In this document: positions 50,223 to 62,970 of the stretch, piece by piece
How the letters are laid out: each line of letters opens with the position of its first letter
Numbering within the stretch: position 1 is the stretch's first letter
From: Hypanus sabinus
Lineage: Eukaryota
Length of the DNA: 64,000 bases
Direction of reading: 5' to 3'
Assembly (NCBI RefSeq): GCF_030144855.1
Contig: NC_082733.1
Span: 31,744,001-31,808,000, forward strand
Notes under the pieces: model-generated
The model's input: the letters and a program-made list of their open reading frames with translations, nothing else
Databases searched by the model: none
What the model was told of the DNA's origin: nothing
Made by a program: the position numbers and the translations under genes

Positions 50223-52852
50223 GGCTGGTAGGTTGCTCCAAGCATCTTGGAGAACATGCCACAGTTCTTCTGCAGACTTTGGCTGTGACGCTTTCTTTTC
50301 TTTCTCAAGATAACCCCAGACAGCCTCAATGATGTTGGGATCAGGGCTCTGTGGAGGTCATGCCATCTGTTGCAGAATTCCTTGTTCTTCTTTTCATAAA
50401 GATAGTTCTTTATGACCTTGGCCATGTTTGAGGTCCTCCTACAGAAAGAGGTTGGGACTATCAGACACCTCCCTGATGGCAATGTGTGATGGATGAGAAT
50501 CTGCTTGTACTTCTCAGCATTAGAGATTTCATTAATTCTGACCAGGTCACCAACTCCATTTGCAGAAATGCAGGCCAAATTTGCAGGGAACCTGCACCGT
50601 GCTTCACTGTTGGCTGCAGACACACAGCCATGTAACGTTCCCCAGCTCTTCTATGGACCAGCTGTCTCCTATTTGAGCCAACAATCTCAAATTTTCACTC
50701 ATCAGTCCAGAGCACTTGCGGTCATTGTTCCCGACCTCTGTCCTTGTGATTCTGTGCTTAGGTATAGCTCTTAGCTTTGTTTCCATTTCGGAGGAATGGC
50801 TTTTCAGCAGCAACTCTTCCATGAAGACCACTTCTGACAAGACTTCTCTAGACTGTAGAGGAGTATACTTGGGTTCCTGTAGTTTCTGTGAGTTAGAGCT
50901 GATAGCAGTGCTGGACTTCTTCCAATTTAGAAAGGGCATTGTCTGCTGCACTCAGTTTCCATGGCCGACCACTGCATTTGATTCTCAACCTTGCCTGTTT
51001 CTTTGTTCTTCTTCAGAAGAGCTTGAATAGCATGTCTTCAAACTTCTGTCAGCCGCAAAATTTCTGCTTGGGAGACACCTTGCGGATTCAGGATGATTAC
51101 TTTGCCTCTTGTTGCTATGCTCACTCTTGCCATGGTGTAAGAATTGATGATTAGAAGGTTAAATTGTCACATCCACTGCACACCTTTTAATTTGGTTGTC
51201 CTTCACCCAGTTTGATTCCTTTAACACTCATTTCTGTTTCAATTAATCAGTTTACTTCGTTTGACTCATTATATTATTGATTAGCACCTCCTGATTATCT
51301 TTGCTTAATCATGCACTGGGCTATATACTTAGAAAATAATCATTTTTATTTGAAAAGTTGTCTATTATTTAATATGTTACTTTTGTGAACAAAATACAAA
51401 AACAATTCTCTTTTAATTTAAGTTTTTGGAAAGTGTATGTTTGGAAATCTAAAATTTATTCTTTGCTACTGACACACTAATGCAGAAGACAAAAAAATGT
51501 ACAACAGAATTTATATAAAAAATGTAGAGTGTCTAAGACTTTTGCATAGTGCTGTATATTACTTCTCTTCCTCAACTACATTTCCAACTTTGGAATGGAT
51601 GAGCAACATCTATTACAAGCCCATTACATAGCATCAACATTATTACAAGCCCATTACATAATGTCAATATCTTCCAGTCTCCCATTATTAGAAAAAAATG
51701 TGGGTGTCTTTAATTAAGAAAGGCATTCAAGTTTTTTTTTAATGACAAGAAACTGGGAAATACTAGTGCAATGTACTGGGCTTTTAATATTAAAGGGCAA
51801 GGGCTCACTTGAAGGGCAAGGCAGAGAATTACAAGCCGATGATGGTGGGATATTACCAGAGGAGATCCTTAGAGGTTGAGTTACCTGCATTTGGAAAGGC
51901 AAGGACTGATTAGGTACAGACAACATAGTTTTGAGCATCAGAAATCATATCTCATAGATTTTGTTGAAGCTTTGAAGAGGTGATGAAGAGGATTAACAAG
52001 GGCAAGTCAATAAATATCAACACAGACCAGCAATGCCTTTGATAAGGCCCTACAAGGTAGGCTGGTCCAGAAGGTTATATCAGATCTGATCCAGGGTGAA
52101 CCCCTGTAGCCATTTACTTACAAAATGGGCTTGATGGTAGAAGCCAGAGACTGGTATGGGAAGTTTATTTTTCACTTTCGAAGCCTGTCACCACCATTGT
52201 GACACAAGGATCGGCACTGGGTTAATTGTTGTTTGTCATCTACAATATATTCATGATTTTGATGTGAACATGGCATGGTTAATTGATAAATTTGTTTATT
52301 ATTGTCACATCTACAGCGATACAGTGAAAAACGTGTCTTGCATTTCATTCTATTCATTGCAGCAGTGCATTGAGGTAAAACCAAGAAAAACAATAGCAGC
52401 ACACAATAAAATGTTACAATTACAGAGAAAGTTTAGTGCAGGTAATTGATAAGGTGCAAGGTCACAGTGAGGTAGATTGTGAGGTCAAGAGTCTGTTGTA
52501 TTATACCAGGGAACTGTTCATTAGCCTTATTACAGCAGGCTGGAAGCTGTCTTTGAGCCTGGTGGTATGTGCTTTCTGTTTTTTTTGTATCTTCTGCCTG
52601 ATGGGAGGGGGGAAAGAGAAAATGTCCAAGCTGAGTGCAGTCTTTGATGGTGCTGGCTGCTTTACCCATGCAGTGAGAAGGGTAGACAGAATCCATGGAG
52701 GGGAGGTTGATTTCTGTGGTGTGCTAAGCTGTGATATGCCATCCAATTTCTAAATGGACATTGAACCCATGAACAATACCTCTCTTGTTTTTTTTTATTA
52801 TTTCTGTTTTTGCTCTACTATTTGTGGTATTATTTGTGTCCACATTATTTGT

Positions 52853-53787
52853 GGTATAATGTGGTAAATTGGATCAGCAAATTTGCTGATGATACAAAGA
52901 TTGGAGGTGTAGTGGACAGTGAGGAAGGCTTTCAAAGCTTGCAGAGGGATCTGGACCAGCTGGAAAAATGGGTTGAAGCTGGCAGATGGAGTTTAATACA
53001 GACAAGTGTGAGGTATTGCACTTTGGAAGGACAAACCAAGGTAGAACAAACAAGGTAAATGGTAGGGCACTGAGGAGTGCAGCAGAACAGAGGGATCAGG
53101 GAATACAGATACAAAATTCCCTAAAATTGGTGTCACAGGTAGATAGAGTAGTAAAGAGAGCTTTTGGTACATTGGCCTTTATAAATCAAAGTATTGAGTA
53201 TAAGAGTTGGAATATTATGGTGAGGTTGTATAAGGCATTGGTGAGGCCGAATTTGGAGTATTGTGTACAGTTTTGGTCACCGAATTACAGGAAGGATATT
53301 AATAAGGTTGAAAGAGTGCAGAGGAGGTTTACAAGGACTTGAGAAAATGAGTTACAGAGAAAGGTTGAATAAGTTAGGACTTTATTCCCTGGAGCGTAGA
53401 AGAATGAGGGGAGATTTGATAGAGGTATATAAAATTATGATGGGTATAGATAGAGTGAATGCAAGCAGGCTTTTTCCACTTAAGCTGAGGGAGAAAAAAA
53501 CCAGAGGACATGGGTTAAAGGTGAAGGGGGAAAAGTTTAAAGGGAACATTCGGGGGTGCTTCTTCACACAGAGAGTGGTGGGAGTGTGGAATGAGCTGCC
53601 AGATGAAGTTGAAAATGCAGGCTCACTTTTAACATTTAAGAAAAACTTGGACAGGTACATGGATGAGAGGTGTATGGAGGGATATGGGCCAGGTGCAGGT
53701 CAGTGGGACTAGGCAGAAAAACGGTTCAGCACAGCCAAGAAGGGCCAAAAGGCCTGTATCTGTGCTGTAATGTTCTATGGTTCTATT
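52853..53787 (+). mobile_element. 5'-truncated CR1 LINE
   Basis: SKFADDTKIGG, LVRPNLEYCVQFWSP and MRGDLIEVYK across frameshifted ORFs; (gttctatg) tail. Confidence 0.9.
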
Positions 53788-55477
53788 GGTAATTTAACTA
53801 TTTAATATACAAATACACTTATTGTAATTCAGTTATTTATGTTCCCTCTATATTTATCATGTACTGCTGCGCTAAGTTAACAAATTTCACGACATATGTG
53901 GGTGATATTAAACCTGATTCTGATTCTGTGTCCACACTATTTGCAGTTTTTTTCAGTCATAGGTAGAGCATGTGCCATGATCATCCATAGTAGGATGTTT
54001 TCTATGGTGCATCGATAAGAATTGGTGAGGGTGAAAGGGGACATGTCAGTAGAGGCATCGTGAGCTATCCTGGCCGTGGTGTCGAAGCAGTTGGACCAGG
54101 ACGGGCTATTGTTTGTGTTCGCTCCCAGGAACTTGAAGCTCTCAAACCTCTTGGCCTCAGCACTACTGAAATAAACAAGAGTTTGTGCACTGCAACGTCA
54201 CCCTCCCTTTCCTGTAGTCAATGACCCATTCTCTTTTTCGGTTGACGTTGACGGTGCCATGTCATAGGCACTTTGTCACTTTCCTGTACTCTGACTCATT
54301 GTTATTTGAGATATGACCAAATACAATAGTATAATCTGCAAACTAAATGGATTTATAGCACAATCTGGCCACACAGTTGAGAGTGTAGACCCGGGGGCTG
54401 AACACACAACCTAGTGGGGCACCAGTATTGGCAATAATTGTCATCTTTAACTTTGACAAACTTCTATAGCTGTGTGGTGGAGATTATATTTACTGGTTGC
54501 ATCATGGCCTAGTATAGAAACACCAATGACCTTGTACAGTAAAGCCTACAAAAAGTAGTAAATATGGCCCAGTCCATCACCACCTCTGAGCACATCTCCG
54601 GAGAGCACTGTCACAGGAAAGCAGCATTGATCATCAAACACCCCCACCAACCAGACCACTTTCTCTTCTCACTGCTGCCATCAGAAAGGAGGTGTGGAAG
54701 CCTCAGGAACGTTCAGGAACAGTTATTACTCCTCAACCATCAGACTCTTAAACCAGAGGGCAGAACTTCACTCAACCTATGAACTCACCTTCAAGGACTC
54801 TTTATCTCATGTTCGAGATATTCATTTCTTATTTCTTCTTATTATTATTTCTTTTTTCTCTTTCTTTTTGTATTTGCACAGTTTTTTGATTTTTTTAAAT
54901 TTTTGTACATTGGATGTTGTCTGTCCTTTTATGTGTGGCTTTTCATTGATTCTATTGTGTTTCTTGTACTTACTGTGATTACCTGCAAGAAAATTAATCT
55001 TAGGATTCTACGTATATGATGACATATATGTACTTCAATAATAAATTTATCTTGAACTATGAAGTTTGAATAATTGTGGTGGAGGTGCTGTTGTCTACCC
55101 TTACCAAGAAGAGAAGAAACCAGTTGCAAAGGTTGAGTCCCAGGTTTAGGAGTTTTGTGATAAATTTGCTTGGATTGATAGTACTGAAGACAATAGTCCA
55201 ACCTAGGTGCCTAATGGATTTCCAGCATCTGCAGAATCTCTTTTGTTTATAATTATACAGTGGTTTCAGGTCTGAGTCTACATGTTTAGTGACTCTGTCT
55301 TACTCCATTAACCTGTGTTTAGCACTACATCCCTTATGTTAGTCATCCTGGTTTTTAAGTTAGCTCACGTTCACAAGGCATGATCCTTTATAATATCATC
55401 CATTTTACATATGAATCTGTGTGTATTACATTATAGCGTCCGGTGCATTGTATAATATCCTCCAGCTTTGCTTTGTA

Positions 55478-55816
55478 CTGCTTTGGCTCTTGGTAGGGTC
55501 ACCCATGTCAAACAGGTCAAAGGGTAGAGGCCAGACTAAGAGTGGTTCACCAGTCCTCCAGGTTCAGGGGTCCAGCTCAGGGCTATCAACTATGACTTGT
55601 AAAACAAAATTTTTATGGAAACGGCAATGAAGAATCCTCCTACATCTGAGTACGATGGTATGCCTGAGTCTCCACCCAAGTCTTGCACGAATGACAGTAG
55701 TGAAAGCCAAGAGGAAGCTACTGACATGATGAAGGAACTCCTGAACTTCACCAGAGATGGAGGACCTTCGTAGCTGCCCGAAACACCAGTGGTTTACGGG
55801 CAGTAAGTAAGTAAGT
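55478..55816 (+). mobile_element. Bipartite non-autonomous RTE-clade element, copy 3 (5'-truncated)
   Basis: Reverse-complement match to 28473-28883; (gtaa)n tail at about 55803-55816. Confidence 0.7.
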
Positions 55817-55881
55817 CGTATTTTACATTCTAATTTATCCAATCTCTAATGTAGATTGTTTTCCTGCTATGTATACCTTTA

Positions 55882-56408
55882 TACTCAGTGGCCACTTTAT
55901 TAGGTACACCACACACCTGTTCATTAAGGCAAATATCTAATCAGCCAATCAATGCATAAAAACATGCAGACAGTGCCAAGAGGTTCATTCATTGTTCAGA
56001 CTGAACATCAGGATGAGGAAGAAATATGATCTAAGTGACTTTAGTTGTGGAGTGATTGTTAGTGCTAGATGGGGTTCTTTGAGTATCTCACAAACTGCTG
56101 ATCTCCTGGGATTTTCATGCAAAACTCTCATATTTACAGAGGATGGCATGAGAAACAAAATCCAATGAGCAGCAGTTCTATGAACAAAAATGTGTTGTGA
56201 ATGAGAGAGGTGAAAGGAGAATGGTCAGACTTGTTCAAGCTGACAGGAAAGTGACAGTAACTCAGATGTCCTCGCATTACAACAGTGGTGTGCAGAAGAG
56301 CATCTCTGAATTTTGAACTTGAAGAGGATGGACTAAAGAAGCCCAAACATCTTCTCAGTGGCCTCTTTACTGAGTACTTCCTGCACCTAATAAAGTGGCC
56401 ACTGAGAG
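55882..56408 (+). mobile_element. Non-autonomous Tc1 element (second family) ending in a TIR mini-hairpin
   Basis: TIR actcagtggccactttattaggt / acctaataaagtggccactgag; TA flanks; transposase N-terminal remnant (M.KK.DLSDF..G.IV.AR.G.LSIS.TADLLGFS); extra left-TIR copy at about 56353. Confidence 0.8.
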
Positions 56409-57957
56409 TATATTCAGGTCTTTATGTTACTTCATCTCTTTGGACGTCATTTGACGAGTTGGAGAGGAGCGGAGTAAATTCAATGGGATGCCGTTGAAAG
56501 GAATGTTTCAATTTTTTGGAGAGACTAGATATGACAGATTTGTTTCTCTAGGACTGGAAGGGGCTGAGTGTGACCCCACAGAGCAGGGATTTCCAACCTG
56601 GGGTCCTTGGGCCCCTTGCTTCATGGCATTGGTCCATGATGTTATCAAGGTTTGGAGTCCCTGCAGTAGAGGTATAGAGATGATGAAGGGTGTCACAAGA
56701 GGAGATAGTAGGAAACCTTCCTTACAGGTGAGCTGTCTAGAAGATTCAGGTTTAAGGTAAAGGACAGGATATTTACAAAGGGTCTGAGGATGATTCTTTA
56801 TCACCCAGAGTGTGCTAGGAATCTGCAGCACTCTACCTCCTTGGTTTTAGAGGCAGGGACTCTCAGTAGGTTTAAGAAATATCTAATCAAAATCGAAGAG
56901 TAGGTGATTATCAAATGCACAAGAACATGCATGCATAAGGCAATGAAAAGCATAGAACATATGATCATCAAAAGCATAGAAAATTATGGATCTTCTGGTC
57001 AGTGGGATTACTTGATGGTCAGGATGGACAAGATGGATCGAAGGGCCTGTTTCTCTGCTGCATGCCTTTATGACTTCATATCCATCCAGTATACAGTACA
57101 TTCTAGCTTGGAAACAATCAATTGAGTTACATAGCCAGAAATATGTAGCATATTCAAAGAACATAGAACATTACAGCACAGTACAGGCCCTTTGGCCCAT
57201 GACGTTTTGCCGACCATTTAACCTACTCTAAGATCAATCTAATCCTTCTCTCCCACAAGGACCTGCATTTTACTGTCATCCATGTGCTTATCTAAGTGTT
57301 TCTTAAATATTCCTAATGTATCTGCCTCTACCACCATCCCTTATCCATATACCCACTTCTTTCTAAATAAGAAGCCTGCCTCTGACATCCCTCCCTATAC
57401 TTTCCTCCAATCACTGTAAAATTATGCCTTCCCATGTTAGCCATTTTTCCCCTAAAAAATTCGAACTTGTGGCCTGGAAAAGCAGGAGAAAGGTGGGGTA
57501 TTCTGTAATGCACATTCTATAATGCATGATTTAGCTCAAGGATTCCCAATCTGGGGTCCTTACTTAATGGTATTGCTCCATGGCATAAGAAAAGGGTTGG
57601 GAACTCCTGATCCTCAAGCTCTTCTTCACCCTCTATCTGGTACATGTCTGGAGTGCGAATAAATAATTACCACTCAGTAGGACGTGATACCACATTAGCC
57701 AAAGGTTTAATACCTTTCAAAATAAAGCCAGCTTGTCTGTGAACTCAGTATCCAATACAGGCAAACTGTGACTGTGCATTCTAATGGTTAAGTTACTGGA
57801 TCAATCTCCAAATGGTTGAAATATTGATATAGGACATAACTTTGAACCTGACAATGGCACTTAGATTCATGAAATTACATTAAATTGGACTAAAAGAACC
57901 AGTAAGCTGTAACACCGCCAGCTATCTGGTTCACTAGTGATAAACACAAGAGTCCTA

Positions 57958-58653
57958 ACATAAGAACATAAGAAGTAGGTGTAGGCCATCTGGCCTGTTG
58001 AGCCTGCTCCGCCATTCAATAAGATCATGGTTGGTCTGGCCATCATCTCCACCAACCTGCCTTTTCCCCATAACCCTTAATTTCCCTACAATGCAAAAAT
58101 CTATCCAGCCTTGTCTTAAATATATTTACTGAGGTAGCCTTCACTGCTTCTTTGGGCAGAGAATTCCACAGATTCACCACTCCCTAGGAAAAGCAATTCC
58201 TCCTTATCTCCATCCTAAATCTACTGCCCCGAATTCTGAAGCTATGTCCCCTAGTTCTAGTCTCACCTACCGGTGGAAACAACTTCCCTACCTCTATCTT
58301 ACCTATCCCTTTCATAATTTTATATGTTTCTATAAGATCTCCTTTCATTCTTCTGAATTCCAGTGAGTGCAACCCAAGTGACTCAATCTCTCCTCATAGA
58401 CTAACCCCCTCATGTCTGGAATCAACCTGGTGAACCTCCTCTGCACTAAATCCAGAGCCAGTAAATCCTTCCTTAAGGAAGGAGACCAGAACTGCACACA
58501 GTACTCTATGTGCGGCCTCACCAGTACCCTGTACAGTTGTAGCATAACCTCCCTGCTCTTAAATTCAATCGCTCTAGCAAAGAAGGCCAAAATTTTGTTT
58601 GCCTTCTTGATAGCCTGCTGCACCTGCAAACCAATCTTTTGTGATTCATGCAA
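57958..58653 (-). mobile_element. CR1 LINE 3' fragment
   Basis: LYRVLVRPHIEYCVQFWSP and MKGDLIETYK; (ttcttatg) tail. Confidence 0.85.
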
Positions 58654-61600
58654 ATCCTGTTGAAAGGTTTCAGCCTAAAACTTCAACTGTTTACTTCACT
58701 CCATAGATGCTGCCTGATCTGCTGAATTCCTCCAGCATTATGTGTGTCTGGGATTCACTAATGTCCTTAGAGGTAAAAAAAAATTCCATTCTTACCTAAC
58801 TATAAGTGACTGTTATCCAATTAGTGGGTTTCTTAAGTGCCCTCTGAAATAGCCTTGACTGTCACTGAGTTCACGCTCAGGTAGAGAGAGGCAACTAACG
58901 TTGGGGTTTCTGGTGACATCCCAAACTCTAAAGACGACGCAATGGTTAATAACCAAACTGATGTCAACAGCATAACCTGCTACACATCAAGAAAACATCA
59001 ACATGGTACAGTACAGAGTGGCATGGTAGCGTTGCAGATAGCATAATGCTTTACCATGCCAGTGATCGTGGTTCAATTCCTGCTGCTGTCTGTAAGGAGT
59101 TTGTGTGTTCTCTTTCTGACCGCATGGATATCCTCCAGATGCTCTGGTTTCCTCCCACATTCCAAAGACATTCGGGTTAGAAAGTTGTGGGCACGTAATG
59201 TTGCCACCAGTAGTGTGGCGACACTTGCGGGCTGCCTCCCGCACATTTTTGGACTGTGTTGATTGTTGACGTAAATGGTACATTTCACAAAATGTTTCAA
59301 TGTCCATGCGACAATTAAAACTAATTTTGGAAGTCATACATTTTGAACCAAGTGAACACTCCTCACCACTTGTCTGTCCATTAAACTTATCAGAGCATCA
59401 TCATGGCTCAGACAGAGAGGAGCTACTACCACTTCCTCAGATTAGTAATAAATATGGATTTACTGTTCATCCCCAAGTGAGCATTTTTGTAAAATCCCAC
59501 CTTATTTAACACCCAACATGTAATCTGCAACTAGTGCCAATAGTAATAATTGGCCTTAATTGGAAAGAGGGAAAACTGCCAGCATACTCAATGATTAATC
59601 GCTGGCTCCTAATCCAAAGTGCTTTTATGTGGACACTATATGATAACTGATTATAATATTTCTGTGGTCAATGACTTCTGATAAACAGTTCGATAACCTG
59701 GTACCAGATACTGAAGTAATTGGCTTCATAATTGAGCACCAACACTCAGCAGAAGCCCATTACTGTTGTAATCGGGTGCTATCAATGCATTGAGGCAATC
59801 CATCTAGGGATTGATGTAATTACAACAGAAGATTCCATGTAAATTACCCCTTGAGGTTGCTTTTCCCATTGTGAGTTGCCACTTTAAAGGAGGCAGCACC
59901 AAAAGACAGCTGAAAGGTTCACCGCCCAGTCCACCACATCCTCTTCCATCGCTAAGCGATCAATGTCTCTCATTCTCCAACCAGTACTTGACAGGAAAAG
60001 GTAACATTCTGAAAGGCATTCAGCTCCCCTGATATTGCCACTGGCCTATATATATATTTTTTTTTTCTTCTTTGCTTGTTTGTTTTTTAAATTTTTATAT
60101 TTAATTTAGAGATACAGCTTGGTAACAGTCCCTTCCATATTAGAGGCCCAGTTACATCGATGTGACCAATTAACCTACTAACTCACACATCTTTGGAATG
60201 TGGGAAGAAGTTGGGAGACTGGGGGGAAACCTACACAGTCATGGGGAGAACATACAACTGTGGGTCTTATGTCTGTCCCCCAAAAACTGGAATGAGTGGG
60301 CCAAGATTGCGATGTGCCCAGTTGCAGCAGCTTTTCTGGGTCCAACAAATAACGGACTTGTCTGTCTTATATGTCCTTCTTATGATAGCAAGACCCTGCT
60401 GGGCATTAAGATAGAATATTTGTTATTATCTATTAATATTATTTTTTGCTATATGTGATATGTGTACTGTGTTTTGCATCTTGGTCCCAGAGGAACATTG
60501 TTTTGTTTAGCTGTATACATGTGTACGGTTGAATGACAATAAACTTGCCATTCATCGTTCATCATCAAAGATCCTCACCACCCAGGCCATGCTCTTTTCT
60601 CACTGCTGTCTTCATGTAGAAGGTGCAAGAGCCTCAGGACTCACACCGCCAGGTTCAAGAACAGTTACTATCCCTCAACCATCAGGAACAAAGGAGGATA
60701 ACTACATTCATCTATTGAGATGTTCTGTCAACCGATGGTTTTATCTTAAGGACTCTTTATCTTGATATTGCATGCTCGCGTTATTTATTGCTATTTATTT
60801 ATATTTGCATTTGCACAGTTTGTTGTCTTCTATGTTCTACTTGCTCTTTCATTGATCCTGCTTATAGTTACTATCCTATAGATTGCTGAGTATGCCCACA
60901 GGAAAATGAATTTCATGGTTGTATGTGGTGACATGTTATGTACTCTGATAATAAATTTTACTTTTCAACTTTGAACTTATTTGAACTTGAACTAGTGGGA
61001 TATAGACCTCGAACAGGTGGGGGGGGGGAAGGAATGAGGGGATATTCATCTTGCACCAACCTACCATCTTGTCCGAAGCTGGCAGCTCTCTAATGAGGGA
61101 CTTCAGCTCCTGAGCGCAGCATCCTGTGTCTCTAATGCAGTGAGCAGGCGCTGCCTCCTCGTCACATTCTCCACTAAGTTAAAAGCATCTTCTTCAGACA
61201 ATGGCTGACCATCTCACCCCACTTAAGCCCCATTTTCTTTGCTGCATTAAAGAAATTGAGGCAAAGAGAATGGAAGTGAGGCTGCGAGTCACTGACTGAC
61301 GTGTGCTACCACTTCAGCTCGGTGCCGTACACTTGCTCCTGATGTAATGGCTAATAGGGTTTTGATGAGTGTGCTGGTGAAAGCAAGCACTCAGATCAGA
61401 GCTGTTAGAGCTGTAGCCCACAGCGTGGTGTTTATTCAGAAAAGCGTGGAGCAAGAGAAAAGGAGAGTAAGTGCAAAGACGAGAGGTGTTACTCAATAAT
61501 CTTCATGCAGAGCAAGATACACTTTCAGAATCCAATCTGCACGCATTTCCCCTCACTAACTGGGGGAAATTATTTTCTTTATGTGATCCTGGCAGACACA

Positions 61601-62491
61601 CACTGCACAGATCTGCAATAATCAAACCCAATTATGTTCATCTTTTCAAAGGAAGCTTGCGACGTAATAAAGTCAAAAACAAGGTTGCGATGACACTGTG
61701 TGGGAAGCTTTAAGTTCTGCACACATTCCACGATTAAATTATGTTTAACTGATTGATGCAAATTTCTACATTTTAATAAACTATTAGAATCAGCTGTGTG
61801 CTGTAAACCCCAGCACACAGGCCAGGTTTTTAACCAAGTTGGAATCACAGCGTCTGACACTGATGTGAAGCAGATTACATTAGAGAGTATACATAAATAC
61901 AATTTTATTAGCATGCTGATTCGTGGCACTATTCAGTGACTACATACCCAGACTGCCCTCCCTCTCCCCATCCCCTGTTTCTCAACCCACAGGCATGGCA
62001 ACGGGTGGGGGCTGTGGCGTTCAACAATATATCCTCACCTGAACTCCACAATTCAAACAGAGCAAGAGAATACCAGTCTGAATTTGCCCACCCACACCAC
62101 CACTTTCAGTGTACCGGTTGCATTCAGTCTGTGGTCTGCAGTTAGAATGGCAATATCTTTCACCATCTTTTACCATTGCGCCCATCTAGCTGACCAGTCC
62201 TTCTGGCTCTTTGTTCTCTCCCGAATGAAGCATGTCTTGCCCAGCTCTTCAGTGCAGGCAGAGACCAAAAGCAAATTATCTCAGTTTTCTGGATTCTCCA
62301 TTTTATCTGAATCTCTTGAATCTTCCCCCATCCACCTTATTTTGAGGACACCATCCCCCTTTACATTCCATGGCATACATTTATTTCAGAACTGGAGAAT
62401 TACTTTGACCACTTAAAATCTGCACTGCATAGATTGTTTTCTTGTTTTCCTTACGTGAAGCATCCAGCGTTTCATGATAACAGTCATCACA

Positions 62492-62970
62492 CAGTCCTGT
62501 ATTTGTCAGCATGGAGTGGAGAGCAAGTTTGTAAATCCAGTGGGAGCAAATGATTTTGGGAATAGCAAGGGTGGAGCGCCGCTGGAGGGTGTGGGTCAGG
62601 TGGCAGAGAAGGAGTACTGGGGTGGAGGGGGTGGTGGTGACGCTGGTACAGACTCATCCAGTCCTGAGCCACCAGGCAAGGTAATCTGATTTCAAACAAT
62701 TGGTCTATTGATCGTTACAGGATGACTCTCTGGTGCTTCCCACTCCCTTCCCCTTTTCTCATATATGATTCCCCTCTCCCTGCTCCCTTCCCACCCTCAG
62801 TCCACAATGGAGACCCATATCAGAATAAGGTTTATCACCACTCACATATGTTATAATATTTTTTTAGCAGCAGCAGTACAGTGCAATTCATAAAATTAGT
62901 ACAGTACTGTGAAAATGTCTTAGGCACACATATAGATAGCTAGGGTGACTAAGATTTTTGCACAGTACTG
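62492..62970 (-). mobile_element. Composite non-autonomous Tc1-type element, permuted copy (69-bp TIR hairpin 62902-62970 then body, read on -)
   Basis: Body 62500-62901 is the reverse complement of 22344-22737; octamers at 62492 (cagtcctg), 62902 and 62963. Confidence 0.75.

Larger units (their letters stand above)
48843..51554 (-). mobile_element. Full-length decayed Tc1/mariner transposon (~1.57 kb after removing a Penelope insertion)
   Basis: 26-bp TIRs cagcgctgtgccaaagtctcaggcac (48843) and gtgtctaagacttttgcatagtgctg (51529-51554); TA at both ends; transposase remnants from ATG 51133 (MARVSIATRGKVIIL...), GVGDLVRI...NAEKYKQIL, C-terminus near 48985-49030. Confidence 0.88.

Noticed and set aside
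51612-51661. Direct repeat tattacaagcccattacata x2
   Set aside because: Simple local duplication with no further structure.
59874-59963. Short - strand ORF MRDIDRLAMEEDVVDWAVNLSAVFWCCLL ending in a CaaX-like motif
   Set aside because: Only 29 codons with no supporting context; expected by chance.
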